Positions 21,701 through 36,625 of a stretch of 64,000 nt of DNA are shown in pieces (positions within the stretch are counted from its first letter, which is position 1; each line of letters starts with the position of its first letter). The notes below the pieces were generated by a model. That model was not told the DNA's origin and did not search any database. It saw only the letters and a program-made list of their open reading frames with translations. The position numbers and the translations under genes are program-made. The DNA is from Azolla caroliniana (taxonomy: Eukaryota; Plantae; Polypodiophyta): the NCBI GenBank assembly GCA_043228905.1, contig JBHGNT010000004.1, forward strand, positions 23,064,001 to 23,128,000, read 5' to 3'.

Positions 21701-24700
21701 AGCTTGAAATAGAGATTTGTATATAGACTTTCAACAAAGTTGGAATCTATGGTTTAATAAAGACCAAAGATGTACTTTCTCACCAACTTGCATAAATCAA
21801 CCCTTAAGATGTTTGTTTTGGAATTTCCCTAAACCTAGGAAGGTATCTCAAATCTCAGAGAGACATACTATTCTCGAATGGTTCTATTGGCATAGCTTCA
21901 ATGGAGTACCTCGACCAATAGAAATGGACTCATCTTCACAGCAAACAACAATAGACTTACTAATTGTTGGTTATGCCACTAGGCAACTTCTCATATAAGG
22001 ATTGCGTAACTTATGAGGCATCATAACCAAGTCTCATGGAGGATGGTTAGCTAATTTTTAATTGTAATTTGTAGCTAACCAAATTTGACAAGAGGGCTAA
22101 ATCATAGCATTATAAAGCGTGTTGCCAAGGAGCTACATTGATTGACGTAGTGTCTAGTGAGGAAGTTGATGTGAACCATGATTGAACAACAAGGAAATGA
22201 ATGTGATCAATTTTTGAAGATTATGTTGACTCTCTCTAGACAACCAACAACAAAAAGAATGTTACAATAAATGTTTGATACATGCAAAATTTGCACAGCA
22301 CAAAGTGACAAGATAGATTATCCTGCATCTATAAAGAAAGAAATTTGTTGTTAAAATTTATGCTACATTGAGTGAATTGAATCAACATGTCTAGTTAATA
22401 GTATCTTGATATTGAGATAAGGGTTCCATAACCTAAACTTCGGCGAGTTCTTTGTGCTTGAATATGATTTCTTGTCAAATAAAGTACACATTCTTAAATA
22501 GGGAAATGGAAGGGCAGTGTTTTCTTTGATTGTGTAACATGAACGAATCTTTTGATGCAACATTGCTTCTATTATAGTGACACTATTTATATCTTCACAT
22601 CAAATAAATCTTGGCCCAATGTTTAATTTTGATTCAAGAGCTCTATTTTATTCTCAAAACCCTTAAAAACATGCTTTAAGTGTGTCTTTCATGTTAATAG
22701 AGTTAAGTATGACCATAGTTGATGCACTCAACTTCATTCAATTTCAACCAATACTAACCTTGGCTACCTTTACTTGCCCATTTTGTGTATCATGAAAATA
22801 CATGGACAATACCATAGAACCACCGGAGATACATTTTCAACTTATTCATATCGTAATAAAAATTGATTTATGTATCATTATGTGACCATTAGACAAAGGA
22901 AAAGCTGATAAAAAAGCATTTTCACATCTTGACTAAGTGTGTATTGACACCTTGTCACTAAATTAAGATCCAACACATTGTTTATCTTTTTAAAATATCA
23001 ATGCCTTTAATACGAAACATTTCCGTTTGATTTTTGACTTTATCACAATCTATGAAATCTCGAATGGTAGTTTGTAATGTTTCATCAATACACTTTGTCG
23101 AACACATTATCTTTGTCATGTATGAAGCATGCACATGTGTAAACAAACTACAAACAAATAAATAACACCCATTTGACACGAAAGACAATTGTGTGCAAGG
23201 CATTTACAAGTGTGTTGTGGGTTTCAACACGAATGGACAACACCTTTAATAAGATGCATGCATGAAATGCATGTCCTTTTCTGACTACGTTAGAGTATAG
23301 TCCCTTTTAGACATATTTATTTGTACCATAGATATTAGACCTATACAAAGACCATTCTCAGCTTTTAAAAGATGCTTTATTGCACCCTCAATAATCTAGA
23401 AGTAGTTGTTGAATTGGTAAATGTAGAATTGTAGGTCTTTGTGGTCCCTTCAATAGGATTGTTTGGAAAGATGATATCGCTTTCTATAAAACTGAATTAT
23501 TTGTCCTTCGGTGTTGTTAAGTAGGTATCATGCCCCAATCCAACAAAATATTCTTAGAATCATTAAATACTAGAAATTAGTCATGTTGATTATTACATTA
23601 GACCTATATAAAGGAGCGCAAAAATACTGCCTTGATTCTTATACTTGAAAAATATGACTTATCACACCTTGATTGACTAGTAAATATATGTTGAATGTGT
23701 GAATGTGTGAATGTGTGAATGTGGAATGGCAAAGTGTTTAGGGTATCCTAATAGAATTGTTCAATGTTTGGGAATTTGAATATCGCTTTCTATAAAACCA
23801 ACTTGATAGTCCTTTCATTGGTAAGTTACATGTCCAGATCACAACCTTGCCTTCTACGGTAGCATTTTCATGTTGATCCTATGAAATGATCTTACCATCA
23901 CAAAAGAGACTAGAAATCAGTTATTTTAACAAGTCTTTTCCTATAATGTGCAATAAAGTGAACTAGTATGAAGTTTGGACAATAGCAAATCATTTCATTA
24001 TACTTGCACTTGCTTTCCATTATGTATCCATGACACCCTTTTTTAACAATACTACTCATATTTCGACTTTTATTTACTATATGATATTTTTGTCAAATGT
24101 ATGTAAGGAAATTCATTCTAAAAGTAAGATTATAATAGTTTAATCCCAATGTCTACATTTAGAGCATCTGAGTAAACGTGGTTGGGATGACACTGAAATG
24201 GGTACTTTTGCAATTTACCCAACCTACCTGAGTTGCAAGAAAATGTTTCTCGTAGGCGATGTATCTTACAAACCAGACTAAAATTTGGCTTCCACGTGAG
24301 AGATTCTAAATTGTTAAAGAAATACATGGGTTTTATATACATGTTACTCCAAAATATAGAGCTCATAGCCTTCATTATTTCTCTCTAGGAAGTTGGGATG
24401 TGACAAAGCCCAAGCACACAAGTGTGATAAATCTACACGCTTGAAACAGTGAATGTGAATAACTAACTCACCACTGCAACCTCCTATAGAAGAATGCTTG
24501 GGCCATGGACATTGTTGATTGGAGAGGAATATCATGCAGGGCATTGTAGACGAATAATTATGAAAATATGTGGTAAACCTCCCTCTTTAAGACTAGGGGT
24601 ATTCATGAATGTAATGAAAATTTTAGGGATATTTCAAAGGTCCATGAAAAACAAGGTGCACAACGTAATTTTCCCATAACATTATTGTATATATGAATAT

Positions 24701-27048
24701 GAAAAATTTATGATCTATTTAAGGAAAGGCAATCTAGAAATGTTGTCTTCTCGACACAGAAAGCCCCTTCCTAAAGCAAAAGCAAGTGGTGCAATGCACT
24801 TCCTCCATTGGTATACCTCAATAGCATCTTTTAAATTTGATAGTCACCAAATTTTTTCATCTTAAATGGAATCACGTGCTTACCAAACATGTGACTCAAA
24901 AGATTGATTTGTCATCGACACACACGTATATATTGCTTTTATGGAATCTTGGATATTCTCAAACCAAGAAAATATATAGAGTTTCCCATCATCTCATTTA
25001 TATTATATAGTAAAGAGGACTTGCCTTTATGGCTTTCATGGGTTTCCCATGTGGTTCTCCAAGTCTTACATTGAGGCTTGTCGTCTTATGTTGCTTTCAG
25101 ACTTCATGAGCGAAAAAAAGCGCCTTTTTTTTCCTTTTGTCCAAGTGGAAAGTCATCTTTTGCCACCAAAGTGTTTCGTGCAAATGTAGGAAGTTTGTTT
25201 CCTTCATCTTCCTCTACAATAAACGAAATAAATCAAAACAAAAAACTAAGTGATGCTTGTTCCACCCAGACTTTCTATCTAAAATGCAAATGTGTGGGGC
25301 TAGAAACCACCAAAACCATATGGCTTAATTGGGGCTAAACTGGCATTTGTTGCAAAATACAAAGAAAAACCTCACCCATTTTTAGCTGAAACCATTTCAA
25401 ATGTGCGAGAATTTTTAGCTTTAAATGGGTTTTGATCCATCCTTGAACGGGATCAAGTCATGTGTGTTTAAATAACTCGATGTCAAGAGTCATATAAGGC
25501 CTTCATAACTTGAAGTTATATATTTTTCAGTTAATATTGTACACATACTTTAAGAGGAAAAAAAACAAAGAAGAAGAAACGTGGTTTCTTCTTTTGCGTA
25601 CTATGAATGGCTCGACACTTTCAACAATTGGACAAAGGACATTTTTTATATCCACCGGTCGATACGTCCTCCTTGATGTTTTAAAATCTTTTTTATTTTT
25701 CAAACCTATCCAATTTTTAGAAACCGTGACAATTTGTGTTTAATGGTGGTTTTATTTTGAATGAGTGTGACTAGCCAAATTTACATTTTCTTTGTGCAAT
25801 TAAGCGCAAACACATATTTGTTAAGTAAATTATGTATTACATATTGAAAGTAAATGCAGCAAGTAGGCAAAATGACCTTGGATGGATTAGACTAGTCAGT
25901 CAACATAGACAAACAGTTAACAAAATGTCTCTTCAATGAGTGCGAGTATACATTTGTTGCAAAGCCTCCTTTTTTAGTTTTAGGCCTCAGTCTTCCTTTC
26001 TCCGTGCCTATCAATAAAACGAAAACCAAAGCACGTGTGGGTTCTTTTTGTACAAAGCCCCCATACTTTTTTGAACTATTTGTCTTTTCTCATTTCAATC
26101 AAATCCACACAAAGGACCCATTGCCCTAGAGATCAAGCATAGTATTGTTGTCATAGGGTCGATTACCCTACCCTTCTACTTTATAACAAAAATAACCCAA
26201 ATTTCTTTTATGTCTACACTTAGAGCACAATGAGGGGAAAAAAATGCATCTTCTGATCACGCACATTTGTCGGTAGCTCCACACACTAACCAACAAAAAC
26301 TTCAATACAATAGTGTGACCAGAGTCCTCCAATAATATATTCTATTTGTAAAAGAAAAGAAGAGAAGCAATCATGGAGCTTAACCGACACAATATTTCTG
26401 TCTTTCTTGAATCCAAAATATTAAGCATATCAAGAAATGCATTTATTTCTTCTAAATAGTCACTCTTTTTGAGGTAGATGTTTGTGCGTGTCGCCATGCA
26501 TGCACACAAACCCTCATATTAGCAATGCACAATATTACTACTGTGAAAGCGCGCACACAAAACATATCTCAACAATATCAACTTATTCTCAATGTCCATA
26601 TTCAACATCAAAAAAATCAATCGAGGTTTTTCTTATTGATTTGTACAAATAGAACATGGCATGTACAAAGTATATCTATCGATAAGTCGGTTTTTGAGAC
26701 AAATATGTCCGTCTGTATCAACAAATCCATGTCTAAAAAAGTACTGTCCATTTTCGCATGCAAATTCCCACACCCCCAATCCCATTGGAGGCCCTCAAGG
26801 CACTTCCCTCTTATAGACTCCATTTTCCAATAATGGAGCCAAGGACAGAAAAACAATTCGTATGGGCAAAATCATGCCTCATGTGGATTGACTTTGTTAT
26901 GAATTGTTGAGAAAAGACTTCCAAGCACACAAAGAATATATATGTGTAAATATATGTCTGTATGTATATAAATGAGGACTGGAAATCGGCACCTCATGCT
27001 AATGGGCAAAATGCTAATCAGCAAACCATTTCTGTTAAAACCGGAAAT

Positions 27049-30000
27049 CTACAAGCTGTAGTGCTTCACTGCATGTTCGAGTGTTTGTTCACTTGGACCT
27101 AATATCTCCTTCACTTTTTGCCCATTCTTGTATAGTTTGAATGTTGGAATAAAGGTCACACTTTCGATCCTCGTCAAGTATGGATGCTCTTCCACATCTA
27201 CCTGTTAAATGATTTCAAAATACAGCAAGATGGCACATCATTCACAAGTAATGTACAACACTTGCTAGAATGTGTGTATATGTGTGTGTGTGCGCGCACG
27301 CACGCGCATTGTATCGATGCATGCATGAATGAATATATTCATACATGCATAAATATGTATGTACATGTGTGTGTATGAATGCATGTGTACGTACTACGTA
27401 AATAATATCCTCACCCTCAAGAAATTTGTACAAGGATGACGCTTGCAAAGGTCGTCAATGAATGGTGAGAGCTGCTGGCAACGGTCGCTCCATCGGGTTA
27501 TAAATTGAACCACTGACAAGCCTTCAAAAATTATCGAAACAAGTTAGATTCCATGTTCCAGAATATATTATCATTTCGTTACGTGTTGGATTAAATTAGG
27601 CCAGATATAGGGCCATTAGCCATGGATAGCTATGGTCTGTACATAGACCTATGTACAGCCCATGTTCCAAAATATATTATCATTTCGTTACGTGTTGGAT
27701 TAAATTAGGCCAGATATAAGGCCATTAGCCATGCATAGCTATGGTCTGTGCATAGACCTATCAGTATGGGTAACTGGTGAAATTATTCCAAACTACATTG
27801 AAGTATAATTCCAATGAAACCTTCTTCCATTTACAGAATAAATTTCTTTCACACCTGGAGAGCTAACAGCCTCTCGGAACTGCTCATCACTACAGATCTC
27901 TTCCACATCACCTCCGAATTTCATCTTGTAGATTTCTTCGCCCCGTGATTTTTTAATCGCCACCTGAACCTCAAAGAATCCTCGAGCTACATCAATATCC
28001 CCCGGGATTTCCCTCCGAAGAATTTCATAATCCTGACGAGCATCTTCCCAACGCTCGAGCTAAAGACAAGAAAAAGAAACACAAGAATGTCAAGAATACA
28101 CATATATATTAAGAAAAAACACCAAATATATCCCCAGTATTGTTAATTTCTGAAAACTAAGCAAGTTACTAGGGATAGTTTGGATGCTTTCTCCTATATA
28201 TTAAATACAAAGGCCACCATTAAGGGAACAAATGGTTATTTAAGAAAAAAAATTACCTTTGCCGAACAACTCGCCCTCCGCATTCGAGCCTTCTTGTAAT
28301 TCGGTTGCAATCGTAGGGCAGCATCACAATCTTCAACCGCTTTTTCCCATTGGCCCAGTTTCATTCTACATGCAGCTCGATTGCATAACAAGACTGCATT
28401 ATTGGGGTCACACTCGAGGCCTTCAGCATACAATGCCAGAGCCTCAAAGAACCTCCCAAACTTGAACAATTCGTTTCCATTGATCCTCGCTTGACTCACA
28501 AACCTTGATTTCCTCAATAATGCCCCGGCTTCAGCATGGTTAGGATCGATTTTCACCGCCATTTCAGCTGCATTAACAGCCTCCTCGAACCTACTCCATT
28601 GTAGAACCCTAATTAAACATGGCACACATACAAAAATATATACACACGCATATACATATACACATACACACGTCATAGATGTACATGCATGCAGACATAT
28701 ATACACACATTATATATACATATATAAATGCTAATTCAAAATGTTTCCTACCATACCTTCCCAGGGCCATGTCAATTTGGGCTCGAATTATATGCAGAAA
28801 TGGATCAGCCAATTTGATGCCCGTGTTAACCAATGATGCATCTATCCTCTGGGCTACGGAACACACATTGTCAGCTTCTTCTGGTTTGTGCAACCTCAAC
28901 AAAGCCTCACATTTGTACCCAAAAAACTGCCAACAAAAAACAAGGGGCAATTAATATCATCTGTCCCAAGTGAAAGGACAAATTAGTATGTAGTACCTGT
29001 GAAGCCAAATCAGCACCCGCAACCACAGCTGCATCGCTTTCTCGGATTACATTAACCCACTCCCGTAGCTTCCTAGCATTGATACATCGAGAAAAATGCT
29101 TCTCTATGTTTTGCAAGTGTTGCAGTTCAACTAAGTCCACATTTTGTCCAGCAACATGAAGATGCCTATTTGCACTCTCCAATAGACCCAATCTATGTAC
29201 AAGATCATAATAACCACCATCATAACTTAATTCCATTTCAAAAGACAGCTTAAGTCCATCTCTAGGTGTAACTTCATTCCAATTTTAATCAAGCAAACAA
29301 TAGCAAATTTTGAGTCAAATATATACGCTAACCTTATATAAAGTGATGCAACCCGTTGATGAGCGCGACCATAACACAAAGGATCGAGCCTAATGGATTC
29401 TTCGTATTCACAAATGGCTTCAGCCCATCGTCCGAGGCCACTAAGAGCCGCCCCTCGATTACTCCTATAAGATGCATTGGTCGGACATAGCACAACAGCC
29501 CTCTCATAAAAGACCAAAGCATCCAAAAATAACCCTCTTTTATAATACTCGATGCCCGAATTATTCAAGTCCTCTGGATCTGAGCTTCCTTGAACCCTTC
29601 GCAAAAGAGAGAAATCGGTGGCATGACAGTTATTTGTAGATTCGCCTTGTTTTCCATTACTTGTTTTTGCACCTGACCCGTATGTTAAAACACTACCATT
29701 TGCACTTCCAACTAGCAAGTTCCCGTTGTTCATACCTCCAAAGCCACCACTATTGGACAGGTTTCCCTTGCTCAAATTCACATTTGTTTCCATCCGATGC
29801 GTAGCAGAGCCTCTCAGATGATCATTAAAGAGCATCTCTGCACTGGATTTGTTCATGTTCGTTGTTGTTGTTGTAGAGGGAAGGGAGTTCATCATTACAC
29901 TCTCTGTCCCCATTCGATGTGACGCCGAACCTCTCAAATGGTCATGAAATAGGATCTCGCCCGATTTCCGTCCAGGAACAGTCTCAGCCATAGATTTCGG

Positions 30001-31351
30001 GCCAGGAATGACTTCACCTGATGATTTCCGACCTAACCCACTTCCAGATCGGAATTGGTTTCCAGACCCAAGAATATTGCCCATTGGTCTAGAGCCAGGG
30101 CTACTTTTGGTCACCAAGATGTTGCCAAATGAGGAACCTCGGCCATCTTTAGTGGTGGATTCAGAAGCAGTTGGGCTCCCTCCATTAGAGCTACCTCCAT
30201 GAGATGATGAAGAATCCAGGGAGCCTGACCCAACTCTAATGCTAGTAAGCACAGGGTTTCCTCTATTTGGACTATCTTTCAAAGAAAGCCCATGGAAGGA
30301 ACCTTTGATATCGGTATGATCATGTTCACCTGATTTTTGACGTCTAATCTTCCCATTGCCCATGAGTTCACCAGATGTTTGTGTCGTGTTCACATAAGAA
30401 TTACCATTCACTTCTCCAGACTTATGCCCATTATTACCAAAACCACCATTGGTTTCACCTAATGCTTGAGCTTTTTTCACATTCAATGCCAAAGAATTAC
30501 CATTGATTTCTCCAGATTTATGAGCACTATTACCAAAAGCACCATTGATTTCACTTGAAATGTCACTCTTTCTTACGACGATGGGATCTGATCGGCCACT
30601 TTCATTGAGCTCGATTGTATTATCGCAGAAAGGCTTCGGAATGTCGCCTTTCTCTTTTACTACAGATTCCTCTCTGGAATCTAATGAATGCTCCACAATA
30701 AGATCATGTGTGGTATTTACACTTTGATATCGTGTAGGGTTCTGATTGATTCCAATATAACCTTGTGGTGAGACGTTATTGTAAGCTACAAGATTGCTGA
30801 GAAAGCTATCCTTTTCAGTAACCACATCAGGTTTCTTCACATCAACAGCCATCTCTGACATTAAATCAGATTGTGGGTTATTCTTGTGTTTCGAATGGGA
30901 AGTGGCCTTTCCATCACCAATGTTGTCAAAACTCACATTATTGAGGTGAGAATCCTTCACAGCATTACCATCAAAACCAGAGAGCACACAAGGCGTCACA
31001 TCATCTTCCACGTTGAACCTCCTGTTGTTGTATTAAAGGCAAACAATCTTAATCAGAAATAAGCACCGCATGTTTATCCAATAACAAAATCTCATCTTAT
31101 GCAGAGACTTAACCCATTTTTCAAATGAGGGAAAGTCACATAGCGAGGATTTTTCTTTCAAGAGAAGAAGTTAGCAGGCATACACACGCATACATACATA
31201 ATATATATGTATACCTTGAGCGATTGTGTACATTTTGGTGGCTGTGGCGATGAAGATCTCCTCTGTTTGAACTATACAGTTTGCTGTTAAAAATGCCTGC
31301 ATATAAATCAATGGAAGGATGCTTCCTTTCCTCTGCTTCACACTCCACCAT
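27049..31351 (-). CDS. TTL: TPR-repeat thioredoxin-like (TTL family) protein, 8 coding exons
   Basis: GT-AG exons 31351-31215, 31021-29333, 29192-28997, 28926-28757, 28590-28257, 28059-27855, 27521-27415, 27201-27049 splice in frame. Long Ser/Gly-rich N-terminus, TPRs (YRSNRGAALSGLGR, LLCNRAACRMKLGQWEKAVEDC), MKFGGDVEE linker, and C-terminal TRX-like domain with degenerate WSDRC and PTFKLYKNG. The start codon is the least certain part. Confidence 0.92.
27551..27761. repeat. Tandem duplication (period 109 bp) in TTL intron 6
   Basis: ccatgttcca..tagacctat occurs at 27551 and 27660 with few mismatches. Confidence 0.85.
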
Positions 31352-31379
31352 CGCCACACACACACACAAACACAGAGAA

Positions 31380-32420
31380 AGAAAACCAAACAATGTATGT
31401 GTGTGTATGAGAGAGAGAGAGAGAGAGAATCGATAAGTCGATCGATTTATGAACTCTCTTTTTGTATGTATATATACAACTCAAAAGAAAAACAAAAAAG
31501 AAGAAGAAGAAATGGGTTTGAAGTTAGTTATGAAAATAATGGGAAAAAGGAAAAAAAAAAACTGTTAAAAGAAAAAGGTTTTCTGATTTTTCTTTTTCTT
31601 TTTTGTTTTAAATTTATTTTTTTGTGTGTGTTTTCTTTTACTTTGGACTGTAGATGAAGGAGAAGAACAGAAGGCAGGGAAAATGAAGTGAGAGAGCAAA
31701 ATGTAGAGAGAGTAATGGTTGATATGGCGATGGCAGGATGGAGAAAAAAAAAACAGAAGAAGGAATGGCGGCAATAGAAGGGAAGAAATGAAAATTTTAA
31801 ATAAAATAAAAAAACAGAGAAGAGGGGATTGGTCTATCGTGTGTTCTTCTCTGTGTGTGTCTGTGTGTGTAGAAAGGATTTATGGGTATAGGTTTGTGAA
31901 TCGATGGCGATAGGATGTAGCAGAAGCCAAAAAAAAAAGGGCAAGAGGAACAGAGAGACAGACAAAGACAGAGAGAAAGAGAAAGAGAGTTATGGAGTTC
32001 TTTCTGTCTTTGTCTCTGAATTGTTTAGCTTCCAATTGAAAGAAGCTCCTCCTTCTTTTCTGTGTCTTTTTGGCAGAGAAGGAGGAGATGAAGAAGATGA
32101 TGATGATGAAGAAGAAGAAGAAGAAGAAGCAGAGATTGATCTTATCTATTATTATCCTCTGTTTTTTCCTCTGTTTTTCCTTTTCCCTCCTTCTTCTCCT
32201 TCTTCTTCTTTTGCTTTTGCTTTTGCTTTTGTGTTTATGTTTTTCCTTTGCTTTTTCTTTAGTTTTCCTTTTATTATTGGTGCAGATCTTTTTATATTGA
32301 TTGTTTTGGTGTGTGTTTTTTTTGTTTTTTTTGTCTCTTGCATTTGAAAGCAGGAAAGCAAAAAAAGCAAAAGCAAGAAAAGCAAAAAGCTTCACCACCA
32401 TTATATGTATCAATATGTAT
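31380..32420 (-). promoter_or_regulatory. Probable TTL 5' UTR/promoter with GA, GAA and GT microsatellites
   Basis: Low-complexity CT/GAA tracts typical of plant 5' UTRs directly upstream of the ATG. Confidence 0.5.
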
Positions 32421-33449
32421 GTATGTAAAAGCATCTATCTTATCATTATATGTATTTCATTATTAACTCCTCAACATGCCCACACTCTCTCTTCCCTTTC
32501 ACACCCATACTCTCGAAAGCACCACCAGACGGACGACACGAAACAGAACATTATCCCGCCAATATCCCAACCCCAAGGCTTTTAATCCCCTCTCTTTTTC
32601 CCCTGTCAGCTATTGTTGCCTCTGGTGGAAACTATGCAATCGCGCAGCCTTCTGAGGACTCCAACAAAGTCACAACTAACTTCTTCGATATTGTCTCTCG
32701 GAATCACCAAGTCAACCAATGAATCGGATATTACTTCTCACCGAAACCTGGGAGCATAGGTGGTCAAAAGATTCGAGGCCTAGATAAAGACCACGCACGT
32801 AGTGATGTGGGCGGACAACCCAGGACATTGAGGGCAATGAGGTGGGGTGGTATGTTCGGTTCATAATGGATTTGAACACTACTTACGAGCATGAATGTTA
32901 TATGTGACAGATATGATAGCACTAAATGGCATTCCTACTTTTGTAGTCACGTTCCTCATCGTGATTCTAACTTTTATGCTTGTTCAGATAGAGAGAAAAC
33001 TTTTGTCAATCTGGAACATAGTATTGCTTACTTCAAAGTCAAGGGAGGGGTTATTGCCTTTTGTTATATGAATGCCCTTACATGAACATTATGACATGAC
33101 ACACAACAATCTTCTCTCAAGGATGTGAGAGGATATACATGTATGGTCGCATTTTTATGGATGGAAGAGGTCTAAATTGGTAAAGAAAGTTACATCTAAA
33201 AATGTGCAATAATATATGAACACTTAACGCAAACAATGTAACTTCATGTTATGCAATGGTTTTACCCATAGTGATAGAAACCAGAATATTTGATTATTAT
33301 TTTTAGAAGGTAACTTGGATCACATGCATAATTGTTCGCTTGGCTCATGAACTTTGGAATTAGATCATAGAACTTACACATTGATCTTACACGTGAGGAA
33401 TGACTTAGATTATACAAAGGTCCACCATAGTATACGACAACCATATTTT

Positions 33450-34650
33450 TACATAAAATTTTAAAGAACGCGTATGTATGCTATGATGGTTGAGGATATG
33501 TTAGAAAAGACAAAGCTCTAAAATGATGCAACAATAGACTGCAAAAGACTAAGATTTTAAGCAATTCATTTGTTCATGCGCAAAGAAATGCTTTTCCATT
33601 AAGCACATGCCTCCGAAAGACGCCATTGAATGTAGTTGAAAGAAAAAAAATGATTTGATAAGGAAAAGTACTTTAGAAGTTTGGACATAGTCAAATATAA
33701 AGAAACCCATCAAAAGTATCTACATGAATACCAACAACTTTTATAAGCAATCAAATGGAGGAAAGATGATGGGATATGATCCAGGTTGCTAGTGTAAGTA
33801 GGGATTAGACAACACATTTATTTCTCTTATGGCAATGTTATTTGGATATGTAATGGAAACAACCCTAAGTGCATGGGTATACGATGGGCTTATGGACAAT
33901 AGAGGTTTCTAAAACATTATAGCACCATTGATCACTTTATCATACATTGAGTGCAAATCAAGGAAAGTCCTTTGAGAGGTAAATAATTATAATGTAACTT
34001 CATAGACCCAAGGAATGATTAATATGGTGGCCCATTAGTCTCTTTCAAGAGGTATGGAAGTACTAGAAGTACCAACTAAATGGTGTATGCAATTTCTTGA
34101 ATCTATGAGAAGGTGATATTAAATTGTCTTTATGAAAGGGTACATATCAGTTTCAATTGGCCATATGATCTTACGAACCTCTTTCGTTACCAAGAATAGT
34201 TTATCTATCAAGCTCCATTTGATGCCCTGTCAAGCGACGCTAGTAACAAATGCTAGTTAATGTCGCTTAATGCATATTCAAGAAGAGTCCTATAACCACA
34301 TTCCAATTGATCTGCATTGGGACAATGAACTTAATAATTCATCCAACAAACATGAGCATTATCAATCATCAACAAGATGGACTCAAGGACAAGACTCAAC
34401 ACTTGATGCATTATTTGATTGCTCATTCAAAGGCATGCTAGATAGCACAAACAAGGGCTTACGCAATGACACGCTCAACAACCTACTTGGTTGGTGGAGC
34501 ATGGTCGACAATGAAATTTACTCAACCTTGATCAATTGGACAAAGGAAATATAGAAACCTCGAGCATGATATTGATGGTGATAACTCCAATGAGGGAACC
34601 ATGGAATCTTGAACCAAAACGCATAGTAGAAGTAGCTCATGGCCTTTAAA
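33450..34650 (+). mobile_element. Highly decayed retrotransposon pol-like fragment
   Basis: Scattered RT/RNase H-like traces (e.g. SDAS at ~34233); no intact ORF. Confidence 0.3.
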
Positions 34651-34860
34651 GATCAATAGCTATAAATGACAAGATATGGGATCCCGATTATAATGGAATG
34701 TAGAACTTTGTCTTGATTCTATTATAATCGCACCAATAAACAAGAAATGGATATCATCACAAGACAATAAGATACATAAAGTCATACAAATCTCTAGAAA
34801 ACCTACCTTGTCCACCCCATTTATGACTGGAAAGAGTGGTAGTAGAACCATGAGAATGAT

Positions 34861-34996
34861 ATCCTAGTTTGTCGTATAAATAACTCTAGAACACAATTGA
34901 GCTTAAAAGGTATGTTGTGATAACAAATTATCCTAGTTTGTCATATAAATAACTCTACAACACAATCAAGCTTAAAAGGTATGTTGTGATAACAAG
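34861..34996. repeat. Two-copy ~69-bp tandem repeat
   Basis: atcctagtttgtc..ggtatgttgtgataacaa at 34861 and 34930. Confidence 0.85.
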
Positions 34997-36009
34997 GCCA
35001 ACCATACACCTTGTGTATAAACACATTCCTTAGGGTATGTGTGTGCGTTCACCATTGGCTCAATGAATGAGAAATTCCTTTTGCATCGAATGTGATAGAT
35101 AATTTAGAAATCCACTCACTCTCCCAACATTTGTAAATTGTTCCAAAATTTGATGCATACTCGTGTCTGACCTATACAAATACTGAGTACATAGTTGAGT
35201 TACATGTACTTTATTGTTGATTATCATATATCCATCGATAACAATGAAACTACACACATCGATATATGTTAGAATGTGCACTCTCAATTGCGACATTCAT
35301 CAATAAAGTTCTTGAACATCGAGAGTTGTTACTCACTTTCACATGTATCATGTAAAAATGTTATATTTTTATTTTCACATGTAAAATTTGACCTCCGAAA
35401 ATAACAATACAATCTTTATGTATGTGTGTGTATTCTTTAGTTCTTAATCGAAATATGGTGCTCTATGGAGAACCAAACAATAGAGATATAATATCACTTG
35501 ATAAAATAAATCATTTCAGATGAGAGTTGGAATATTGTATGATAAAGAGAAATGTGCAATTTTCTTCATAAAGGTCATAAGACTAGAACGGATTCAAAAT
35601 GCTACAATAGATCATTCATATAGGAAAATGCCAACTAAACAAAGTGTTAAGAGTCTATTACTAATCAATAAACCAAATTAAAGTAAAAGAAAGATGAATA
35701 GATTGGATAGAAGAACCCGTTCCTCCCGGCCACCCACAAACTATGATTAAGACATAACTGCAGTAACCATTTGGTTAAGTGCATCATTCTATTAAGTGCG
35801 CTTTTTTTTATAGATGTCAAAATCCCGTTCAAAAGATTTACATTGTTTCATGACAAAATACATCGAACCAAATTGAAACTATGTTCCAATAAATAAAAAA
35901 ACAACAAATTGATCAATAAAAATAAGATTTCTAAGTTCTTTTACAATTTCATACCAAAATCATGTAAGGTCATTTGGTTACTTTTAGTTAAATAGGTTGA
36001 GCAAAATAT

Positions 36010-36527
36010 TAGCAATGGGCCCGGTTCGATTTCGGTTCGGTTTGGTTTTAGTGCCTTGAAACCAAACCAAACCAAACCGTTTATGAACATTCAAACATTT
36101 AAGCCAAACCATTTAAAAAAAAGGTAAACTAAGCCATTTAAACCAAAACCGTTTAGGGAAAAGTTAAAACCAAACCGAACCATTTAATAAAAAGTTTAAA
36201 CCTAACCACATTTAAGCCACGCTAATTAAAAAATCAATTAAATAAAAATACACAAAATTAAATAAGCATTTATATTAAAATAAATAAATAAGATTAATTG
36301 AGCCATTAGATTAAATAAACAATTAAGTTAAGTGAATTAAACCAATGAAAAACATTAATTAAACCATTAAATTACATAAACATTTAATAGATAAAAAAAG
36401 GTAGCCCAAAACTGTTTATTATTAATTAAAACCAAACCAAACCATTTAATTATTTTGGAACTTATAAACCTTTAAACCATGGTTTAACGGTTCGGTTTAG
36501 TTTAAGCCAAAACCGAGCCCATTGCTA
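36010..36527. mobile_element. hAT-type MITE (copy 2, same family as 16035-16929), nested in the Tc1/pogo-like element
   Basis: TIRs TAGCAATGGGCCCGGTT / AACCGAGCCCATTGCTA; 8-bp TSD caaaatat / caagatat; AAACC subterminal motifs. Confidence 0.9.
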
Positions 36528-36625
36528 CAAGATATGGTGAATACAATCTTGAACTAACTTCATGGAAACTTTACTTTGGAGCAAGATATATATTCAATAA
36601 AACTAAATAGGTCGAGCACGGATCT

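Noticed and set aside
21000-25000. Possible decayed transposase or helicase fragments (also 40700-42700)
   Set aside because: No motif could be identified with confidence without a translated search.
31880-32434. Lys-, Glu- or Leu-rich ORFs upstream of TTL
   Set aside because: Arise from GAA/CTT and poly(A/T) microsatellites in the UTR/promoter.
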